Shown piece by piece: positions 34,452 to 44,883 of a stretch of 64,000 nucleotides of DNA. The stretch comes from Rhizodiscina lignyota (taxonomy: Eukaryota): positions 124,001 to 188,000 of the forward strand of contig ML978129.1 of NCBI GenBank assembly GCA_010015805.1, in the 5' to 3' direction. The position numbers and the translations under genes were made by a program. The number at the start of each line of letters is the position of its first letter. Position 1 is the stretch's first letter. Under the pieces are notes generated by a model, which was given only the letters and a program-made list of their open reading frames with translations, did no database searches and was not told where the DNA came from.

Positions 34452-34926
34452 AGAGTATCTCCACGTCGTCGTCTTTTACCATTTGATACCCCATAGAGCG
34501 AGCATTGCTACGTCCATTGTTATGAAACTGCCTTTGCAGAGTTGAGTGGAGAACACACTGTCTGACCGTCTCTCTTGTCTGTTCGCGTTGTGCACCCACA
34601 TTCAATTGCGCTTCTGACCTACACGTCTTTTCTGAGCTGTCTCTCGGACATTCTTGCGATCGAACGCCGATCGATGGTCGACTTGCAGACTTGTGGTACA
34701 CAACCTTGGAACTTGTCCAACAGCCTGCCTTTTGAAAAGTTTCCGACGTCAAGTTTGCGTCGTGCGCTTTCCTTGTATCATTATCGAAAGGTTACTTAAA
34801 TTCTCGTCATCCGGCCTCTCGCCGTCTTCAGATTTTATCTTGTCCTCTCGAACTTGCCTCAGATTGTTGATCTGACTCGTAGTTGTAACGCTGAAATTTC
34901 CAAGCAAAGTTCACAACCTCAGCAAA

Positions 34927-35648
34927 ATGTTTCCCAGTACCATTTCAACTTTTGTCTTCCTCATTTCCACTGGCTTGGCTACGTCTCTCGAAGCTCGCAG
35001 CGGTCCCATCGTGTCCCAGCCAGAAAGCTGCACTGTAAGTTCACAGGACTCCACAATGTACCACAATGTTAACAGAAGAAAACAAAAATGCAGTTCGAAG
35101 ATTCGGCAAACAATGTAGGCGCCAACGCGGGCAGTGATCCAGACTGCAAATCCCACTTCGAGGGCTTTGCCATTGCCGTCCCCAGTGACATAGGTCAGCT
35201 CGAATTCCCTGACGGCAAGGTCTTCGTGGCCAGCAATACCGGCTCCGGCAAGACTACTGTCAGGTACGCCAGCCTACCGTACGACGCGATGAACCCTACC
35301 GGTATCTCCATCGCTTGCTTCCTGCAGGTTCAACAGGCCGTCGCCGCGGGCGGGATCACCAACCCTGTCAAGGGAACTGCTGCTGCGCCCGTATCGTGCG
35401 ATATCCAGGTCGCCATCACTGCTGCGCGAGATGCCACCTTGGTTGGCAAATATGACACCTGCCAATTTCGTCCAACTAGCGAAACCAACCAGAAAGTGCA
35501 GCCATGCACATTCAAGAACATCACGCAGGATGGAGTGACTCAGTTGAATTTCACTGTTCTCAACAATCCGCTATCATCGGTTGATGTTGGGGCCAAAGGA
35601 TTTGTTGTGGACGATTTCAAGTTCACTGGTCAGATATATTGTCAGTAA
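34927..35648 (+). CDS. Small secreted Cys-containing protein; intron 35035-35093 (in-frame alternative acceptor at 35075)
   Basis: Signal peptide MFPSTISTFVFLISTGLA and propeptide LEAR. A phase-0 GTAAGT donor joins ORF 35088-35648. Seven Cys in about 220 aa. Confidence 0.75.
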
Positions 35649-35944
35649 TGTCGAGTTTAATCCAGGACGGTGATCGGGTGGGTCAACGAAAGGAGACGTA
35701 GTTACGAGGACACTCGCATTGATTGAACGGGAAATTATTCCGAGCGCGCAGATATTCTACGTCGGGCATCTTGGTCTCAACTGCAATGATGAATAAGCAA
35801 CACCTGTATGGAATTCACGGAATGAATCGTTCAACTGAGCAAGCACAGTCAAACCTCTAATTTTGCTTTGCCCTATTCCTCGATGGATCAATGCCGAGAC
35901 ATGATGTGTCATAATACATTATAATCGTAAAGTCTTTCTAGAAC

Positions 35945-38900
35945 TTATGTAATGCTTTCCACTCCTGCCTTGAGCGACTCCCAGCCCGCTGCTTTCCATG
36001 GTGCAACGAGAATAGCTCTCTGTGCGTCGGCAATAGAGCCCGCCCTCGCAAGTACTTCCGCCAACTCTTCCGCATCGAGTGCACCTCTTGGTGGCACGCT
36101 CCGCATCGCAGTGACAAGAGCCATTTGCCCTGGTAAAGGATCATCTGTGGCAAGATCGGCAAGCTGGACCCACGGGTGCGGATGGCCTGGATTGATCATG
36201 ATCGATGTTTGGATCTCGTCCATCTCTTCCACAGTCGCATCTGCACCATCATGTTTCGGGGCGGTGCCAGCATCTTCAGCAAGACTAGCAGTAACGGCTT
36301 CAAGGACTCTCTCAACCTCAGAGCGGTCCTTTTCGGTCAGTGTCTCTACCATGCGTAGGGTCTGTAGCTCTTCCTTCACCGCCTCGCAAACGTCAGTGTC
36401 CGAATCGAGTACGCCCATCACACCAAGCAGGCACACAGCGCCCACATGACCGGGATTCCTTTCGATGGCTTCAAAAAGCTGCTCTCTAGCTACTGAACGT
36501 TCCTCTCCGCTGCCTCGTGCCCAGAGGACTTGCGCTAGTAAACAAATGACGTCTGGATTACTTGCGCTCTCTGCTAGAGCGTCTCGGAATGCGGCTAAAG
36601 CTGCGTCCATATCATGCTGATAAAATTGGGCAAGACCGGCACTGAGATGTGCAGATAGACGAATTTTCCGCCTTGAATCTGACGGTATGTCTGCGTCTTC
36701 GCCCGTGAGGTCAAGTGCAAGCTCTGCCGCTTCTATGGCACTGGGAAAGTCTTTCGCGGCAAGCGAGGTTCTGGCCAGGTCCGCTTTTGCGGAGGCAAAG
36801 CGGAACATGGCAGTGCTTGACTCTGCCTTCTCGTAATCCTCTTCGGCACTCTCAGCTAGGGCGGTGAGACTCGTGATAGCGTTGCTGAAATTCCCAGCAC
36901 GCTCTTGCATAAGTGAGAGAAGTTGATGGTATGGAACTGCGGTAGCCGTTGCATCCTGGGCATGTAACTGAACCATGGCGAACAACGGACGAATGAGGTT
37001 CTCGACGTTTTGAGTGTGCTCGGCTGCGGATGATAGATGGTCGAATGCCGAAGTTGCGTATAGCCGCTTCACGATAACAGCGTCGGCACCAGAAATCTCG
37101 AAGGCATGCGTGAAATGCAACCTCGCTTCTTTCAGGTCACCCCAAAGCAGCGCTAGAATACCTTCACCCACCCAAGCTGGAGCGTAATCGGGATCTGTAG
37201 ACTGTGTACGTACGAAAGCTTGATGGGCTAGCTCATAGTCGTTCTGAAGCAGGTATAGAGCCCCCAAATTCGTCCAAGTCTTCGGACTTCGCTCATTCAG
37301 ATGTAAGCTCCTCACCAACGCATGCTGAGCGACCTTCGGGCTGCGTTGTGTTGTGACGACACCCAATGCGCTCCAGAAGTCCGCGTTGCCGGCCTCTAAC
37401 TCAATTGCGCGTTTGAAACATCGCATTGAGGCGTGAAGAAACTTGGAGCGTGCCTTTGCGGGACCTCCAGTCGAGTTGGGCTCTTCAAGGCACACGTGGG
37501 CGCGGTATTCAGTCCAGCCCAGGTTGTACCAAGATACAGCTTGCGCATGGGCGTCGTGTGAGCAGCTCTGAATTGCCTTCTTGTGAGCTAATATAGCTGC
37601 AGTTAGGCACATGTTCAGATACGAGACTGTAGGTTCGTCATTGTGCTCTCCTGCGTTTGGAAAATCAATCAACGAAGCTTTTCCAATGCTGTCAATCTCG
37701 ACAAACAAGTCCTTGGTATCACCAATGTTTGACTCCAGGAGAGACCGAACAGTTTTGGCTGGGAATTCTGCTGTGCGCTGTTGGACCCAGGTGAACACAG
37801 CACACGCATCTCCGACACCCTTCCACATATTGAACGCCTCGGGTTTGTACTCTGCAATCAGTGCAGCAACTTTGATAGCTTCTTTCGCGCTGTTCACTGC
37901 TTCACCGAGGAATCCTATCTCGATACTACGCCATGCTCGTTCCACGAATGTCTGAAGTAACGCAATGCTAACGCCGAATTCTTGTGGTCGCTCCGCGAGA
38001 ACATCGCGATACCCAGAGATAGCTTCGTTGTATTCACCAAGCTCTCGATGTACGTTTGCGAGCATGTACTGGGTAAACCACGCCTCGCCTGACTGTTTCA
38101 TCTTTGTTCCATCAGGAGGGTTCTGCGCGAAGTTAAAAGCTCGAGCAGCCGAGTTATAGCGACCAGAATTGTGATACGACTCTCCTAAGCCCACGTAAGA
38201 GTGGTAGTCGTCTGGACTGATTCTGAGCGCCGCTAGGAATGAGACGATTGCTTGAGAGTAATCTTGACGATTCATTTGCACAACTCCAAGAGCAGAAAAT
38301 GGCCAGCTGATTCCCTTTTTCTTGCTGCCGGGCGTTGACTTTGCCCGTCCTGAATCGACCACTCGTTGAGCAATTACTTCCACAATATCCCAATCGCCCA
38401 TGTCCGCAAAACTACGCGCCATTCGTTCTGCGGCGATGATCTCAGCGGAAGAGAGCTCGAAAGCTTTCTGGTAGCACTGTCTCGCTCGCTTCTTGTCCTT
38501 TACATAGTCCTCATAGAATATGCCAAGAGCTGTATAAGCTGGCGCACAGTTTGGGTCTGTCTTTATGGCGGCCAGAAAGTTGACGTAAGCGCCCTTGCGA
38601 TCCTTCCGAGCAGTCCTTGATGGATCAATATCCCATTGACACATGCCAATGCGGTATAGTGTCTGTGCTTTCAGGTCCCTGCTGCGCGTGTCTCTCACTT
38701 CCATCCCCTGCAAGTATGTCTCCAACTCGGACAGGCCGGTGGCATACTCTCCGATTTGAGCCTTGCACCATGCTACTTCTGCACCTATCCTGAAATTTGT
38801 GGGATCTCGCGCAAGTGCTCGCTCCAGAAATTCGATGGCCTCTGCATGATTGTCCTCCTCTTCCAATACCAATCCGATACCGATTAAGGCTGGCGTAAAT

Positions 38901-40222
38901 GTCTTCTTGCGCTCCAATATGGCCTCAAAGATTGATTTGGCTTCGGTATGGTTTCTGGGTGCTTGGTAATATATGAGACTTGTCGCTAAGGTGCTGCTGA
39001 TGGCATCGTTGTTCGTTTGAAGCTTGAGTCCACTTCGGCTGGTAACTGTCGACAAGAAGCGGAGAGCTTTGCGAGCAACTTCAACTGCGCTTTCATGCTC
39101 TCCGAGGTGGAGATAGTATTCACTCATGAGACGGTGCGCAAGATATGAGTCCTTGCAGATTTCGATGCCCTCTGTCATGAGAACTAGGCGGTCTTCGGCA
39201 GTGAGTATAACATTGTCAGCTTCCTCGTCTCCATCTTCTGCCTCTGTTTCCGGTGAAGGCGGCCATGGAGAAAGTTCACTGCTTAGAAAGCCTCTGAGCA
39301 CTTTTGCTAGGCCACGATCGGGGAAGAGATGTGTGAATTGGTGGACAATGTCTGCGTCCAATTCCTCTAGATCCGCAACGTCCTTCCATTCGAGTTGTAT
39401 TTCCCAGGCCAGACGATACGGGTGTTTAATGATGACCATTCCTTCCGCGATTTTCATCACCTGCTTCCGTTTTGCATCCTTTTGATGGGGTGGGAGAACA
39501 ATGAGAGTGTCGTAGGCTCGCTGAAAGAGCTTTTCCTCATACGTGCGGCGTACTTCATCATCCGTGCTCCAGTCAATAATACTCTGGTATATATCCTCAA
39601 GACTGCTGCCAGTATAGACTTCTCGCTTGACGTCAACGGTGACCTGTGCAAGTCGCGCTCCAATTCTTGTGCGTCGCTCTCCGATGGCCTTGTTGATCCG
39701 CTCGTTCTCCTCTTGCTCCGTGATTTCGGCAAGCCGAGAATACGTTAAAAAGGGATGCGGCAACCGTCCTTCAAGGTACGAATATACAGAACTGGTCGGA
39801 AGTTGCGTCTGTAGTGCCGCGTGATACTGCACGCGAGTACCATTCTTTTTCGCGAAGTCGACAATTTTGTTGATAGCATCTTGCCCGCGGTGCTTATCAT
39901 CTGTCTCTCCATATATTTCCGCCAACTTTACGCCGACATTGATGTACTCGCTGACTTTCTTTGGTCCTTGTCCGCCGTACAATTCCCGCAAGCCAAGCCA
40001 AGCTTGAGGATCCTCTGGCTTGATTCTTGTGGCAGAGTTATAGGCTTTCTCTGATTCATCGAGCTGATTCGTTTGTTGGCATGCTAGTCCAAGGAAGAGA
40101 TATGCGAAGTAATTGTTTTGGTCTACTGCAAGCACCTCTTGCGCTCGAACGGCAGCTTCATTCCAGTTTTTGGCGTCTAGAGCCGACTTTGCGGCTTTCA
40201 ACGCCGCCTTGATGTTCGACAT
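35945..40222 (-). CDS. SKI3: Superkiller complex TPR subunit Ski3
   Basis: 1425-aa TPR array starting MSNIKAALKAAKSALDAKNW. Includes ARQCYQKAFELS, ALRISPDDYHSYVGLGESYHNSGRY and WTNLGALYL. Confidence 0.92.
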   Translation of the reverse strand: MSNIKAALKAAKSALDAKNWNEAAVRAQEVLAVDQNNYFAYLFLGLACQQTNQLDESEKAYNSATRIKPEDPQAWLGLRELYGGQGPKKVSEYINVGVKLAEIYGETDDKHRGQDAINKIVDFAKKNGTRVQYHAALQTQLPTSSVYSYLEGRLPHPFLTYSRLAEITEQEENERINKAIGERRTRIGARLAQVTVDVKREVYTGSSLEDIYQSIIDWSTDDEVRRTYEEKLFQRAYDTLIVLPPHQKDAKRKQVMKIAEGMVIIKHPYRLAWEIQLEWKDVADLEELDADIVHQFTHLFPDRGLAKVLRGFLSSELSPWPPSPETEAEDGDEEADNVILTAEDRLVLMTEGIEICKDSYLAHRLMSEYYLHLGEHESAVEVARKALRFLSTVTSRSGLKLQTNNDAISSTLATSLIYYQAPRNHTEAKSIFEAILERKKTFTPALIGIGLVLEEEDNHAEAIEFLERALARDPTNFRIGAEVAWCKAQIGEYATGLSELETYLQGMEVRDTRSRDLKAQTLYRIGMCQWDIDPSRTARKDRKGAYVNFLAAIKTDPNCAPAYTALGIFYEDYVKDKKRARQCYQKAFELSSAEIIAAERMARSFADMGDWDIVEVIAQRVVDSGRAKSTPGSKKKGISWPFSALGVVQMNRQDYSQAIVSFLAALRISPDDYHSYVGLGESYHNSGRYNSAARAFNFAQNPPDGTKMKQSGEAWFTQYMLANVHRELGEYNEAISGYRDVLAERPQEFGVSIALLQTFVERAWRSIEIGFLGEAVNSAKEAIKVAALIAEYKPEAFNMWKGVGDACAVFTWVQQRTAEFPAKTVRSLLESNIGDTKDLFVEIDSIGKASLIDFPNAGEHNDEPTVSYLNMCLTAAILAHKKAIQSCSHDAHAQAVSWYNLGWTEYRAHVCLEEPNSTGGPAKARSKFLHASMRCFKRAIELEAGNADFWSALGVVTTQRSPKVAQHALVRSLHLNERSPKTWTNLGALYLLQNDYELAHQAFVRTQSTDPDYAPAWVGEGILALLWGDLKEARLHFTHAFEISGADAVIVKRLYATSAFDHLSSAAEHTQNVENLIRPLFAMVQLHAQDATATAVPYHQLLSLMQERAGNFSNAITSLTALAESAEEDYEKAESSTAMFRFASAKADLARTSLAAKDFPSAIEAAELALDLTGEDADIPSDSRRKIRLSAHLSAGLAQFYQHDMDAALAAFRDALAESASNPDVICLLAQVLWARGSGEERSVAREQLFEAIERNPGHVGAVCLLGVMGVLDSDTDVCEAVKEELQTLRMVETLTEKDRSEVERVLEAVTASLAEDAGTAPKHDGADATVEEMDEIQTSIMINPGHPHPWVQLADLATDDPLPGQMALVTAMRSVPPRGALDAEELAEVLARAGSIADAQRAILVAPWKAAGWESLKAGVESIT

Positions 40223-40907
40223 TTTTGACGTTTCTCATACCCGCATGATGAAATCTGAAGAGAGGCAGAAAAAGAAATCGTACGCAGTGCATGTGTACGT
40301 GTTTGAGTTCGATGACTAGGCTTGGCAGTGACTTTGCGTTTGTGTGAACGTTCCATTCGTGGCGTTAATTGCTTATGTAATCGTGGCGCATCATTCAAGT
40401 CCCCTCCCCTCTCTCGCTCTGGCTGCATCGTTGTGACTTACCATATGAATTTATCTGGTCTCAAGTGGAATTTGAATCAAGAGGACGCCACTATCTTGGG
40501 GAAACAGCTGGCAGGCTGAGACCTGCGGCGCCGTAATGTTGGGCCATCTCTCACAAAGCCAATGCTTATGAGTATGTGAGCTTTGCCTCAACTTCCCTCA
40601 CGCATTAGCCACAGACGGCAAAGAAGCCGGTATAGATTCTTTAGGATGAGCAAAGCCAAATCTCAGTTTGTCTATCTTGTGCTTTTCAGTTCCGAATTTC
40701 GATATCGGTAACTATAATATCCAGACTCTTGTGTGACTCGTCGAAGGATCAACAAGCCTCGATCGTCACGTATCAAGTGTAACGTGTCCTCCATCCATTA
40801 AAGCCTGCTTCTCCGCCAGTGCGAGCAATTGATTCCATGGATTGACTGAGTTTAATCCGAGCTTCTGTTATTGCTCTTACTCAATAACACCTTCAGAGTC
40901 CGTTATC

Positions 40908-41522
40908 ATGGACGAGGCAAAGTCCCCGGAGCGGCAACAAGTCCAGTGCAACGACCAAGCTATACAAATCAAGCGATCCGACTTTCCAGTTCTGTCCTTC
41001 TTAATCCCGCCGTCGTTATCAAAGAAGAGCGGCAGAGGTGCCCTCACCCTCTCACGGTCTCATCATGGCGCACGGTACGAGCAAAGAAAATCGATGCCGG
41101 CTGACGAAGACCCAGTTGACAACGAAGAAGGCAACTTCTTCATTGTCAACCGATTCCTCGCATTGAATCACCTGCAAAAAGTCATTGCGATATTTCTTTT
41201 CATTCTTTTCATCCTAATACTGATCGTCTGGCTCGAAAGCCAACGAATGCAATGGCCCTGCCCTCATCGACCTTGGTTGTTCCAGCTCGCTCGATGCAGG
41301 TATTGGGATCCCGACAATTGGGACCACTGGGAACGCCATATGGAAATGAGAGAAAGGCGAATGAATATTTGGATACACGATTCTGCAACTCATGATTGTA
41401 TCAGCACTATGTATCATGATAATCGCACAGCCATGAGCATGGAATCGGACTGGACCGCTTTTGGGCGATGTGTAGAAACATTAGTGGACGAAATGAGGAA
41501 TCTAGGACCCTGCGAGATGTAG
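40908..41522 (+). CDS. Hypothetical single-pass membrane protein
   Basis: 204-codon ORF from ATG 40908 with one hydrophobic helix (VIAIFLFILFILILIVWL) and a Trp/Cys-rich C-terminal part. No family recognised. Confidence 0.5.
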   Translation: MDEAKSPERQQVQCNDQAIQIKRSDFPVLSFLIPPSLSKKSGRGALTLSRSHHGARYEQRKSMPADEDPVDNEEGNFFIVNRFLALNHLQKVIAIFLFILFILILIVWLESQRMQWPCPHRPWLFQLARCRYWDPDNWDHWERHMEMRERRMNIWIHDSATHDCISTMYHDNRTAMSMESDWTAFGRCVETLVDEMRNLGPCEM

Positions 41523-41655
41523 AATATTGTGGAGTGCAATAGAGCATGGTATTTCCGGGACGAATTCGGAGGCAAATTCATAGTAGAAAGGTGTTTGACG
41601 ATCATATGAAGCTGACTGGCCTCCATCCAATAAGAAGTTATCATCCTCTATGTTT

Positions 41656-42674
41656 CTATATAAATTCAAGGAGTGCCGTATCCACTTCGGCTAGATTTGA
41701 TGCGCTCAGAAAATGATAACCATTTTTTACTATCACCAATTGCTTCTCCGGCGCATTCGTGAATAATTCGATCTCCTCCGTTGCGTTAGCAACGCTGTAG
41801 ACGGCGTCATTCGTGCCCTAAACAAACATCATCGTCAGTATGTGGCGTTCCGAACGGTGATGACCTTTAAGTCGTTGTAAGCCAACTCACATGCATCCAT
41901 AGCACCGGACACCTCACATCCACCAACCGTCCATGCAACCCGTCGCGATCTCGTAGATTAATCGCCGCCATCCGAAACCTCTGCCTGCCATCGTCGCCCA
42001 GGTAATTCTTCCTCATTGTCTCGCGCCAGAAATCTCGATCTTCTTGAGCACAGTCCTTTCCAAGGCCAACATCGATTGTTGGATCAATATACGGATCGAC
42101 CAAGGCAAAGTCGGGTATTGGTTCTGGCGACGTCAGGAGCTGGATACCCGGCGTCATCGCGAGGGACACATCCCAGCAGCCTAGAGCAACTGTCCGCGGC
42201 GACTCTGAGTCCATGGACGTGCCGAGAGGGATAATACCGAGTATCTGTATTCAAGGCATTAATCTTCAAATTCTTTAGATATGCGGGAACAGTCCTTACC
42301 CGTCTCGGCGCCATGATTGCCATCCTAACCGTGATCCAACCTCCTTGGCTCGTGCCCAGCACAAATGCCTTCTCAATCCCCAGTTTATTCATCACCTGCA
42401 GATTCATCTCTGCCGTGTCCCAATACGTCCAATTCTTTCTAGCAGTTCTAGTCTGACCATGGCCGAGGAGCTCAATGGCAAGCAGGTTCGCTGTATCCGT
42501 GAGTTCTTTGTTTGCGAACTGCGGACGGAACAGCTCGGCGGAGGTGGCGAAGCTGTTGACCAGAATGACGGTGGGTTTTGCGGGATCGATTGCTGGCTGC
42601 GATGATGGGACCTGGATGCCTGCAAATATTCCGCCAAGGTGGGGAACGTGGACAATCTTCTTCGTGTAAGACAT
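41656..42674 (-). CDS. Alpha/beta hydrolase; introns 42245-42299 and 41818-41890
   Basis: ELLGHGQT, nucleophile elbow GTSQG, spliced PRR|ILGIIPLGTSMD, PVLWMH|GTNDAVY (Asp) and NGYHFL (His). Confidence 0.88.
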
Positions 42675-43578
42675 GGTCAAGGTCGCCCTTTGACAGCTCT
42701 AAGGATTTTTGGGAAGTAAAAAATAGAGAGGTAGGGGAGAGCTCTTATGGATAATGTGATACTCTACACCACGACGATAAAGGCAACTGCGTTCTTATAT
42801 GCGCCTGGGCTTGAGGACTGGAAATATGGAATCAAACGCTCGTCGGTGCACACTCCACAAGCGTAGAAGGCAGAGATGCCGAGGAATCTAATCAGAAATG
42901 CTAAGGAGCCCTGGAGCATGCGAGGGAGAAGTGAATATGAAATCGGCTGGATTGCGACAACCGAATCAGATTTTGGGGGGTTGAAAATAGTGAAATACTT
43001 AGTCGAGAGTAAGACGGAGAGAATGACCAACAGTTCTATTGGAGAGAAAGCCATCGTCCAGATAAATAAAGTGAAACTGATCAGGGCCTCTTCGCATCAA
43101 GATGCTATGGTACTAACAGTGGGAAAGGCACATTGACATGGTAAGAAAAAGGCGTGCTGATGCATGGCGATAGTGTACTAACGGTTGGCGATCTAATGAT
43201 GACAAAGTTCCTGCGCGCTGTTCGTCAAAATTGCTCACATCCTTGGCCTAATAGAGAGCTTTTGATAGAAGTTGTCTCCTTTGCAACGGGCCCCATTGCA
43301 ATTACCATTCTCCAAAATCGGCTGCAACATTCGAAATAATCGTACTCGTCGCCAAAAATGGGCTGGGGCCTTGGCATTCAAGGCAAAGCCGACCCATGGC
43401 TGGTCAGGACCAAGCGAGGAGTTTTGTGAACAGTGGAAGACATGACAAGAGCGCTGGACTCCAAGATTCAGCAAGGGTAAGGATATCTTTCAGCAATGGA
43501 CTAATCCAGAATAGTTAACCGTATTAAGGACCCCAGACCCCACAACTCCGCCATTCCGAAAGATTGGACAAGAACGCT

Positions 43579-44424
43579 CTACCGGAATTTGCTGACAATG
43601 ACAGCAATGATGAGAAGGACCAAGACTGTGATTATTGCGATTGTTATAATCCGATTCGTAGCCATCCTACACGAGTTGGTCAGTCTCCAAGTTGGATTAC
43701 GAGAAGCAGTTCTTGTCAAAGGAAGAGCATTACCTACGCGCCATCCCCCTCAATGTCTTAATACTACGGTCTGTGTGACCCTCACTCTCTAGCAGGCCCT
43801 GGTGCGTATGTGTGATAACCTCTCGTTGCCTCCCAAGGTCCGCCAGCGTGTTCCGGCCAATGTCTTCAGTTTCCAACGCGATCCTCTGTGATTCTCTCAA
43901 CCGACCGGAGCTCCTCTCCAATCGGTCTGTACCGCTCAAGAGTTGCTGCCGTTGTTCGAGATGAGGATCTGACGTCCCTTCTTCATCCGTGTATCTCGAA
44001 CCAAATAGCGCGCGCTTATCGGAGGAGAGGCTTGCAAGCTTGCGCTTTAGGACATCGATATCGGTCTCATAGTTACGGAAACGAGAGTTGACTTTTGATT
44101 TGGCTGCCTGTGGGATATTCTGCTTCTCGATGCGCATTTGGTCGAGCTGTATGCGAGATTCGTCAGCCTACGATCCACGAACTACAACAACCATTGAGCG
44201 CATCGGAACAATGCGACTCCAATCCAATCCATTCCAAGACTTACAATTTCCTTCGCCTCGTCTATCGCACGCTCTGCCTGGCCGATGGCCGCTTTCCGAG
44301 GTTCGCCTTCCAACTCTGGTATCTGATCGAGTTTCTGGTTAAGGTCTGCTTGGACCAGCTTGAGCTCGGCCTCATAGCTGCCGAAGAGCTCGGAGCCCGC
44401 TTCTGAGTCTATCAGATTCGACAT
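43579..44424 (-). CDS. VTI1: Qb-SNARE Vti1; introns 44147-44244 and 43667-43733
   Basis: Habc N-terminus ELFGSYEAELKLVQADL, SNARE motif RLRESQRIALETEDIG...LGRQRE...SIKTLRGMARR, and C-terminal TM MATNRIITIAIITVLVLLIIAVIVSKFR*. Confidence 0.95.
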
Positions 44425-44883
44425 GATTTGTTGCTGTGGAAGTTGTTGAAAGAGACAAGTTGGCGATGATGGCCACGCAAGTTATCCCGGCGCCTTGATG
44501 GTGCACGTGATCTAAAATCCGGGGGCGGGAGTTTTCTGGAAATGGAATCCCTGTCAAATTGCCCTCGTACCTGCAGCGAGCATCCAAAACTTCAAGCGTA
44601 ACACGACGAGAGACGCGTTTCTCGCTCTACCTGATGATCGAATGACAGTAAGCGTGTATTGTTGAGCAAGGTAAACAAAATGCATTCACGTCTCCACAGG
44701 CAGCTCCGTCATACGCATGATCCCAGTTACATCGTCATAAAACGGCTAGCCTCAAAGAACCTCGCGACATGTCTTCAGGTCTACGCTCTGTCCTACGCCG
44801 ACGGCGTGCTTCTTCAGTCCGATTCAATCCTGTCATACAGGTAAAATTCTACTTATCTGTGTTCAGACCTGCTAAAATCCATC

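Noticed and set aside
42764..43474. Small hydrophobic ORFs between the hydrolase and VTI1
   Set aside because: Short, with no motif, no coherent splice model and multiple stops.
44769..44883. Upstream coding exon for the FAD oxidoreductase
   Set aside because: The only candidate intron (44841-44866) is 26 nt and leads to an immediate TAA. ATG 44884 already precedes the GxGxxG motif.
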